Source of the DNA: Leucoraja ocellata | Lineage: Eukaryota | NCBI GenBank assembly: GCA_036785375.1 | Contig: JAWMAR010000071.1 | Coordinates: forward strand, 1,178,001 to 1,242,000 | DNA: 64,000 nucleotides | Direction: 5' to 3' | In this document: positions 63,771 to 64,000 of the stretch, in pieces | How the letters are laid out: the number at the start of each line of letters is the position of its first letter | Numbering within the stretch: the first letter of the stretch is position 1 | The notes under the pieces: generated by a model | Seen by the model: only the letters and a program-made list of their open reading frames with translations | Database searches by the model: none | Told to the model about the DNA's origin: nothing | Program-made: the position numbers and the translations under genes

Positions 63771-64000
63771 TTTAAATTAGTTTCAAGCATGTACACCCCA
63801 TGCTGGATTTGGCTACGATACGAGAATATATGATATAATAGAACTTTATTTTATTGCTTATATTTGACTCCGGGAAGTTCATTCAGGTTTACATTTGCAC
63901 ATGGACCAAGAGGAAATGTGTGCAAGGGTCCCAACTATATTTGGATGGCACATTATGCTCCCTGGTCCCAATACAGTTGGATCTTGAAGCCACTTGGTAA

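Noticed and set aside
1-64000. Intact host protein-coding genes among the listed ORFs
   Set aside because: The longer ORFs are CR1, Rex or Penelope fragments or their antisense frames. The rest are short, lack recognisable domains and have no consistent exon chain. Small real exons cannot be excluded by eye.
1-64000. CRISPR arrays, operons or other prokaryotic systems
   Set aside because: The sequence is vertebrate-like; no regularly spaced repeat-spacer array is present.

Overview
Eukaryotic, AT-rich, repeat-dense DNA with no intact protein-coding gene that I can support. It looks like a large intron or intergenic region of a cartilaginous fish, probably a skate or ray (inferred from HER1-type CR1 LINEs and HE1/V-SINE-type SINEs). 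Most listed ORFs are fragments or antisense shadows of decayed retroelements. Recognisable content: many 5'-truncated CR1 LINEs; Rex1/Babar LINE fragments; tRNA-headed V-SINEs; Penelope-like (GIY-YIG) fragments and many short Penelope terminal repeats carrying minimal hammerhead-ribozyme cores; four PIF/Harbinger-type MITEs with shared TIRs; a small hAT MITE; two non-autonomous Helitron-like elements; an L1-type 3' end with a TSD; a CpG-rich non-coding retroelement family; a 157-bp tandem duplication with a patchwork spacer; and a 140-N gap. The two most notable signals are the hammerhead-bearing Penelope mini-elements (with helix-II covariation) and a pseudogenised TDP2-like exon 1 (UBA-like domain) embedded in a composite transposon at ~34.4-36.0 kb. 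Boundaries of decayed repeats were read by eye and are approximate.
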